Part shown: positions 58,768-64,000 of the stretch, in pieces
Position numbering within the stretch: the stretch's first letter is position 1
Layout of the letters: every line of letters begins with the position of its first letter
Source: Thermodesulfobacteriota bacterium
GTDB lineage: Bacteria > Desulfobacterota > Desulfobacteria > Desulfobacterales > UBA11574
DNA: 64,000 nt
Direction of reading: 5' to 3'
Assembly: GCA_042573625.1 (NCBI GenBank)
Contig: JBHPCZ010000004.1
Span: 1,148 to 65,147, forward strand
Notes under the pieces: model-generated
Seen by the model: only the letters and a program-made list of their open reading frames with translations
What the model was told of the DNA's origin: nothing
Databases searched by the model: none
Program-made: the position numbers and the translations under genes

Positions 58768-60177
58768 ATGGCAAATATTTTGATCATCGATGATGACAGA
58801 GCGATTTGCAAAGCCCTGGTGGGTGTGGTGAGCCGTATCGGGTATGATGCGGCATATGCCGTCACGTTGAAAGAGGGCCTCAATATGGTTTCTTCAGGTC
58901 TGTATGATGTTGTATTTCTTGACGTTCGCCTGCCGGATGGAAATGGTTTGGATGCGTTGCCGGAGATCCGGCGCAGTTCCTCGTCACCTGAGGTGATTAT
59001 TATCACCGGAGAGGGAGATCCGGACGGGGCCGAACTGGCCATCAAGAGCGGCGCCTGGGACTATATTGAAAAGCCGCTTTCTATAGAGGTGATGACCCTG
59101 CCACTCATGCGCGCGCTCCAATACCGGGACGAAAAGCGAATCAAAAAACCTCCTGTGGCGATAAAGCGGGAACGTATTATCGGTGATAGCCCGGAGATGA
59201 AGCACTGTCTTGACCTCCTGGTTCAGGCAGCACAAAGCGATGCCGGTGTTCTCATTACCGGTGAGACAGGAACCGGAAAAGAATTGTTTGCAAATGCGAT
59301 CCATGAAAACAGTATCCGTTGCAGCCATAATTTTGTGGTTGTGGATTGCGCCGCCCTGCCAAAAACGCTGGTTGAAAGTGTGCTTTTCGGCCATGAAAAA
59401 GGGGCATTTACGGGTGCTGACAGGACCACCGAGGGCCTTGTCAAGCAGGCAGACGGCGGGACGCTTTTCTTGGATGAAGTGGGCGAACTCCCCATGTCTA
59501 TACAGAGGTCTTTTCTCAGAGTGCTTCAGGAACGCCGTTTCAGGCCTGTCGGCGGCAGAAGGGAGATCGAAAGTGATTTCAGGCTAATTGCAGCGACCCA
59601 TCGTGACCTTGACCAGGCGGTGCAGGATGGAAAATTCCGGCAAGATCTTCTGTTCCGCATCCGCTCCATTGTCATTGAGCTGCCCCCATTAAGAGAACGC
59701 GCCAAAGATATTAAACAACTTGCCATGTACTTTATGACAAAATTTTGTGACCGTTACGAAACAGCGACCAAAGGTTTTTCTCCGGAGTTTAACGAGGCCC
59801 TTGCTGTGTATGCGTGGCCGGGGAATGTCCGGGAGTTGGATAGCTGCCTGAAGAGCATATTAACCACAGCAGGCGATGCGCCGATCCTTTACCCGAAGCA
59901 TCTGCCCACTTATATTCGAGCCAAAATGGCGCGGGAATCGGTGGGGAAGAAAGATAAACGCACAAGAGAACAGGAAAAGAAGGGCAGCAGCGCCGAAACC
60001 TTGGAAAAGTTCAAGGATTTTCGAGCCATGACCTTGGGTGAGGCGGAAAAGGCGTATTTGCGAAACCTTATGCCCCTGACCCAGTGGAACATCCCAGCGG
60101 CCTGCCAGATGTCCGGCCTTTCTCGGCCCCGATTATATGCCCTCCTGAAGAAACACGAGATCACCAGAACGCGATAA
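58768..60177 (+). CDS. sigma-54-dependent response regulator (NtrC family)
   Basis: REC, GETGTGKE, GAFTGA, LDEVGE, WPGNVREL, C-terminal HTH. Confidence 0.96.
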   Translation: MANILIIDDDRAICKALVGVVSRIGYDAAYAVTLKEGLNMVSSGLYDVVFLDVRLPDGNGLDALPEIRRSSSSPEVIIITGEGDPDGAELAIKSGAWDYIEKPLSIEVMTLPLMRALQYRDEKRIKKPPVAIKRERIIGDSPEMKHCLDLLVQAAQSDAGVLITGETGTGKELFANAIHENSIRCSHNFVVVDCAALPKTLVESVLFGHEKGAFTGADRTTEGLVKQADGGTLFLDEVGELPMSIQRSFLRVLQERRFRPVGGRREIESDFRLIAATHRDLDQAVQDGKFRQDLLFRIRSIVIELPPLRERAKDIKQLAMYFMTKFCDRYETATKGFSPEFNEALAVYAWPGNVRELDSCLKSILTTAGDAPILYPKHLPTYIRAKMARESVGKKDKRTREQEKKGSSAETLEKFKDFRAMTLGEAEKAYLRNLMPLTQWNIPAACQMSGLSRPRLYALLKKHEITRTR

Positions 60178-60190
60178 CCCCACCTTATTT

Positions 60191-60360
60191 AGTGTCCATC
60201 CATAAATGGTCTTTTTGCCCAATCTCTGCGTTACGCTCAAAAAACAATCCTCGGAATATAACACATATGCACCCCAAGGGCATTTCCTGCGGGGCACCTG
60301 CGGTTATTTTTTTCGCATGCCTTGATATAGAACAAAAATCCTCATTTCTGGATGGACACT
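60191..60360. mobile_element. family B-related MITE-like element
   Basis: Terminal IR AGTGTCCATCCA.AAATG, ATTT on both flanks, internal ttttgcccaat / aatcctcggaata / gccttga shared with family B. Confidence 0.8.
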
Positions 60361-60367
60361 ATTTAGC

Positions 60368-60501
60368 TGTGCCCTAAACCCTCCACCTCTGGTGGAAGAC
60401 CTGGAGAGGTTCGACCGATCCGGGGTGCTCCGGTCAGAGCGGCATCACTCCACCGGTGTGTTGAATATCGAATATCCAGTGTCGAATAAGGAGTGCTCAC
60501 T
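60368..60501 (+). repeat. family C element copy 4 (internally deleted)
   Basis: Left ~110 bp match copies 1 and 3, then joins directly to ggagtgctcact end. Confidence 0.75.
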
Positions 60502-60514
60502 TCAGGCGAGGCGG

Positions 60515-60573
60515 TGTCTTGAAATACAAGACAATGTCTTGTATTTCAAGAATCTGTCTTGTTTTATCAGACA
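60515..60573. promoter_or_regulatory. three phased 19-bp palindromes, putative enhancer-binding protein sites
   Basis: TGTCTTGaaataCAAGACA, TGTCTTGtatttCAAGAat, TGTCTTGttttaTCAGACA at 20-bp period. Confidence 0.7.
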
Positions 60574-60670
60574 GATCCTAAAGATCCCCCCAACACTTCC
60601 GCCGGCTTCATTCTATTTAACATATTGGTAATATTTAAGATCAATCCAGTTATTCCCTCCAGTCACTTTT

Positions 60671-60686
60671 TGGCATGGTTTTTGAT
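60671..60686 (+). promoter_or_regulatory. putative sigma-54 -24/-12 promoter
   Basis: TGGCATGGTTTTTGAT versus consensus TGGCACG-N4-TTGC; -12 is GA rather than GC. Confidence 0.55.
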
Positions 60687-60738
60687 GTAGCTAAGTAAAA
60701 GACCTTCCATCTTTGGAAGAAACGGAGAAAAAGGAAAA

Positions 60739-61185
60739 ATGAAACTGCTTTTATACGCGGAGGAGACGAACAGGGCCGGCCTTCGGCTACAGCGGATGCT
60801 TGAAATATTCGAGATGGGAATCGATATCAAGGTTTACCGGACGATCGACAGCCTCGCTCACGGTCTTCTCCAGCCGGACATTTCTTATGATGGGACCATT
60901 GCCGTACTGTTGGCTCACAGCAAAAAAGAGCTCCAGTCCCTGCTTTCCATTCGAGACTTAATCACGGATGTTCGGGTCATTATGGTGTTGCCGGACCGGG
61001 AAGACGATACGATTAAAAAAGGCTTTTTGCTGTATCCGCGCCTGGTGACCTATGTGGATGGAGATTTTGTTCTCATCGCCGCTGTGTTGAAAAAGATGAT
61101 TGCACGCATAAATTCGAACAAAAAACATGTAGGTTTTTTTGAGGAGTCTGGAGGATGTTCAGATGACATGCAAACCAGCACATGA
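60739..61185 (+). CDS. hypothetical protein, possibly a degenerate receiver fold
   Basis: RBS; alternating beta/alpha pattern without the acidic pocket. Confidence 0.7.
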   Translation: MKLLLYAEETNRAGLRLQRMLEIFEMGIDIKVYRTIDSLAHGLLQPDISYDGTIAVLLAHSKKELQSLLSIRDLITDVRVIMVLPDREDDTIKKGFLLYPRLVTYVDGDFVLIAAVLKKMIARINSNKKHVGFFEESGGCSDDMQTST

Positions 61186-64000
61186 AGAGTTGGAACAAAA
61201 AGTTGGAGAATTAGAAAAAGAAGTTTCCGAGCTAAAACAAAGGGATGAAAAGCTGCGGGAGAACGAATGGGTTTTGAACCAAGTTCAAAATATTGCCCGT
61301 ATCGGCAGCTGGTATATGGATTTCCAAACAGGTGAATCAGGGCTGTCAGATGAACTGTATAAAATTTATGGCGTTGACAGTGAATTTGACTGTGCCGCAA
61401 AGAACATCATCGAGAAACTCATTCATCCTGATGATAGAGAGAAAGTGCAATCCGCATTCGAAAAAGCATTTTCAGGCACGTCCCAACCTGCGCTGGAATG
61501 GCGAATTGTTCGTCCGGATGGAATGGAACGGATCATGTACTCCAGAGGGGCGAAAGTATCTTTGGATAAAGATAATAAGCCGTCCAAAATCATCGCACCG
61601 GTTCAAGACATCACCGAATTCAGGCAAATGGAGAGAGGGCTAATACGGAGCGAAGAGAAATACAGGCGGTTAATAAACAATATCGCAGGTGTTGCTTACA
61701 AAGGGTATAAAGACTGGTCTGTTGAGTTCTTTGATGAAAAAATAACATCAATTACAGGATACGAACTGGATGAATTTAATTCCCGGAAAGTGAAATGGAT
61801 CGACATCATCGTTAAAGAAGATATCGAAACTGTAAAGAATATATTTATTCAGGCCCTAAAAACAGACCGGTCTTATGTTCGGGAATATCGGATCAAAACC
61901 AAGCCGGGGGATGTCCGTTGGATACAAGAAAGAGGGAGGATCATTTTTGATCAGAAGGGAGAGATTGGATACATAACCGGCATCTTTTTTGATATTACCG
62001 ATCGCAAGCAAGCCGAAGAGGCGCTGCGGGAAAAAGAGGCTACTATAAAAAGCATCTTTCGGGCGGCACCCACCGGTATCGGAATGGTTGCTGACAGAGT
62101 TATCGTACAAGCCAATGAAAGACTATGCGAGATCGTTGGTTATTCCCGTGAAGCGCTTTTGGGAAAAAGTGCAAGGATGTTATATCCGACCGACCAGGAC
62201 TTTGAATATGTCGGGCGGGAGAAATACGCCCAGATTCGTGAGCACGGCACCGGGACCGTCGAGACGCGCTTTCAACGCAAGGACGGACAGGTGATTGACG
62301 TACTTCTGAGTTCGACGCCGATCGACCGTAACGATTTTTCGATCGGTGTAACCTTTACGGTGCTGGATATCACCCATCGCAAGCAGGCGGAGGAGGCGCT
62401 GAGGGAATCGATCAAAACATTGGCCGAGATTGTCGAGGCCATTCCATCCGGTTTGTTTATTTATCGATATGAACCGCAGGATCGTTTGATACTTTTGGCC
62501 GGCAACCCCGCAGCGGAGAGACTGACAGGGATCAATCTTGGTGAATCCTTGGGAAAGGAATTCAATAAAATTTGGCCCAAGGCTCTTGAAATGGGGATAA
62601 CAGACTCGTTTTTAAATGTCGTCAAAACCGGCAAAATATATGAGGTCGAGGATTTGCAATATAAGGACAAACGAATAGAAGGCGCTTTCAAGACAACCGT
62701 ATTCCCGATACCGGGCCAGCTGCTGGGAGTGACGTTCGAGAACATCAGCGAACGGAAAAAGACGGAGAATGCATTACAACGGAGCGAGAAGCGATTCCGG
62801 AAACTTTTCGAAGAATCCAACGATGCGATATTTATTCATGACCTTGAGGGGAAAATCTACGATTTGAATCATGCTGCGCTGAATATGACCGGTTATGCCA
62901 AAGCATCCTTATTGGAAAGGGTTGTTTCAGACCTGCACCCTGAAGCGGACCAGCCCGGTGCGTATCAGGCGTTGGAGGAGACACGCCAAAACGGCCATGC
63001 CCGTTTTCAATCCAGATTCATGCGGGCCGATCAGAGCATAATAACAGTAGACATCAGTTCAAGTGTCATTGATGAAGATGAGGGGCTGGTTCAGGAGCTT
63101 GTGAGGGATATTACAAAACAGAGGCAAATGGAAGATCAACTTCGCCAGACTCAGAGGATAGAGTCTATCGGAACCTTGGCGGGAGGGATTGCCCATGATT
63201 TTAACAACATTCTTTCACCCATCATCCTTCACACGGAGATGATGTTAGAGGATACGCCTGAGGAGAGCCCGTTGTGCTTTAACCTGGAAGAGGTTCACAG
63301 TGCCAGCATACGAGCAAGAGATCTAACCAATCAGATCCTTACGTTCAGCCGTCAAACCGAGCAAGAGAGAATCCCGTTAATCATCAGCCCCATTATTAAA
63401 GAAACGCTTAAACTGCTCAGGTTTTCCTTTCCCTCGACCATTGAGATCCGGCAAACCGTAGAGACTGCAGGCGGTTCGGTTTTGGCTGACCAGACTCAGA
63501 TTCAGCAGATTTTGATGAATCTTTGCACCAATGCTGCATATGCCATGCGAGAGGAAGGAGGCGTATTAGAGGTTGGGTTGGCAGATATACACCTGACTTC
63601 GGCGGACATTGTTCAAAATTCTAATCTGGCGCCGGGACACTACATAAATCTGACCGTGCGTGACACCGGTCCCGGGATGGAAAGCAGTGTCAAAGATAGA
63701 ATATTTGATCCCTATTTTACGACCAAGGACAAGGGTGAGGGGGCGGGGCTGGGGCTTGCCGTGGTGCACGGGATTGTAAAGAGCTATGACGGAGCGATCA
63801 CCGTGGACAGTGAACCGGGGAAAGGCACCGCCTTTCAAGTATTTCTTCCGAAGATCGAGGGTCATATATCGTCGAAACCGGCGGATGCGGTTCAGCTTCC
63901 CGTGGGAACCGAGAGCATACTTCTGATTGACGACGAGCAAAGCATGTTGAAAGCAATGCAACAGATGCTGGAACGTCTGGGTTATACGGTGGATGCCAGG
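61163..64000 (+). CDS. cytoplasmic multi-PAS hybrid histidine kinase, 3' truncated by window edge
   Basis: GGAGG RBS; MTCKPAHEELEQKVGELE..., about 5 PAS/PAC units, AHDFNN, HATPase, start of REC; no stop seen on manual reading and absent from the ORF track because it runs off the edge. Confidence 0.9.
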   Translation, partial: MTCKPAHEELEQKVGELEKEVSELKQRDEKLRENEWVLNQVQNIARIGSWYMDFQTGESGLSDELYKIYGVDSEFDCAAKNIIEKLIHPDDREKVQSAFEKAFSGTSQPALEWRIVRPDGMERIMYSRGAKVSLDKDNKPSKIIAPVQDITEFRQMERGLIRSEEKYRRLINNIAGVAYKGYKDWSVEFFDEKITSITGYELDEFNSRKVKWIDIIVKEDIETVKNIFIQALKTDRSYVREYRIKTKPGDVRWIQERGRIIFDQKGEIGYITGIFFDITDRKQAEEALREKEATIKSIFRAAPTGIGMVADRVIVQANERLCEIVGYSREALLGKSARMLYPTDQDFEYVGREKYAQIREHGTGTVETRFQRKDGQVIDVLLSSTPIDRNDFSIGVTFTVLDITHRKQAEEALRESIKTLAEIVEAIPSGLFIYRYEPQDRLILLAGNPAAERLTGINLGESLGKEFNKIWPKALEMGITDSFLNVVKTGKIYEVEDLQYKDKRIEGAFKTTVFPIPGQLLGVTFENISERKKTENALQRSEKRFRKLFEESNDAIFIHDLEGKIYDLNHAALNMTGYAKASLLERVVSDLHPEADQPGAYQALEETRQNGHARFQSRFMRADQSIITVDISSSVIDEDEGLVQELVRDITKQRQMEDQLRQTQRIESIGTLAGGIAHDFNNILSPIILHTEMMLEDTPEESPLCFNLEEVHSASIRARDLTNQILTFSRQTEQERIPLIISPIIKETLKLLRFSFPSTIEIRQTVETAGGSVLADQTQIQQILMNLCTNAAYAMREEGGVLEVGLADIHLTSADIVQNSNLAPGHYINLTVRDTGPGMESSVKDRIFDPYFTTKDKGEGAGLGLAVVHGIVKSYDGAITVDSEPGKGTAFQVFLPKIEGHISSKPADAVQLPVGTESILLIDDEQSMLKAMQQMLERLGYTVDAR

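Noticed and set aside
12742-60501. CRISPR array or integron attC array suggested by recurring repeats
   Set aside because: The repeats are dispersed and 140-340 bp long with no repeat-spacer period; no consistent RYYYAAC/GTTRRRY ends, and no cas or intI gene seen.
57630-64000. Kinase duplication as a DGR TR/VR pair
   Set aside because: Differences inspected are largely third-position and not adenine-specific; both copies are in frame.

Overview
Bacterial chromosomal window, most consistent with a Desulfobacterota (Desulfobacterales-like) organism; this is inferred from gene content and repeat types, not from a database search. Housekeeping and metabolic genes include sqr, a ParM-like actin, fxsA, recD2, lgt, acetoacetate-CoA ligase, ltaE, split purH, PMM/PGM, uppP, rtcB plus archease, two moeA genes, a DEAD-box helicase and a sigma-54 two-component cluster. 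Three features stand out. (1) Two paralogous clusters of secreted CsgG/TolB-N-like, FlgT-N-like and LPP20-like proteins. One ends in a CHASE2 adenylate cyclase (7.4-12.7 kb). The other ends in FecR plus a secreted TPR/CsgG-like protein with a complete C-terminal Hint (intein-like) domain inside a Gly-rich tail, ...ASGGG|C...HN|SEGGGGGK (36.1-42.1 kb). (2) Four decayed four-helix-bundle (bAvd/23S-IVS-like) gene cassettes with shared ends and octamer arrays; three sit at gene junctions of the moeA-moeA-archease-rtcB-uppP run. (3) Several families of nested palindromic intergenic elements whose stems covary between copies; one truncates an FKBP/SlyD-type gene. No rRNA, tRNA, CRISPR array or intact transposase was recognised. 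All alignments were done by eye.
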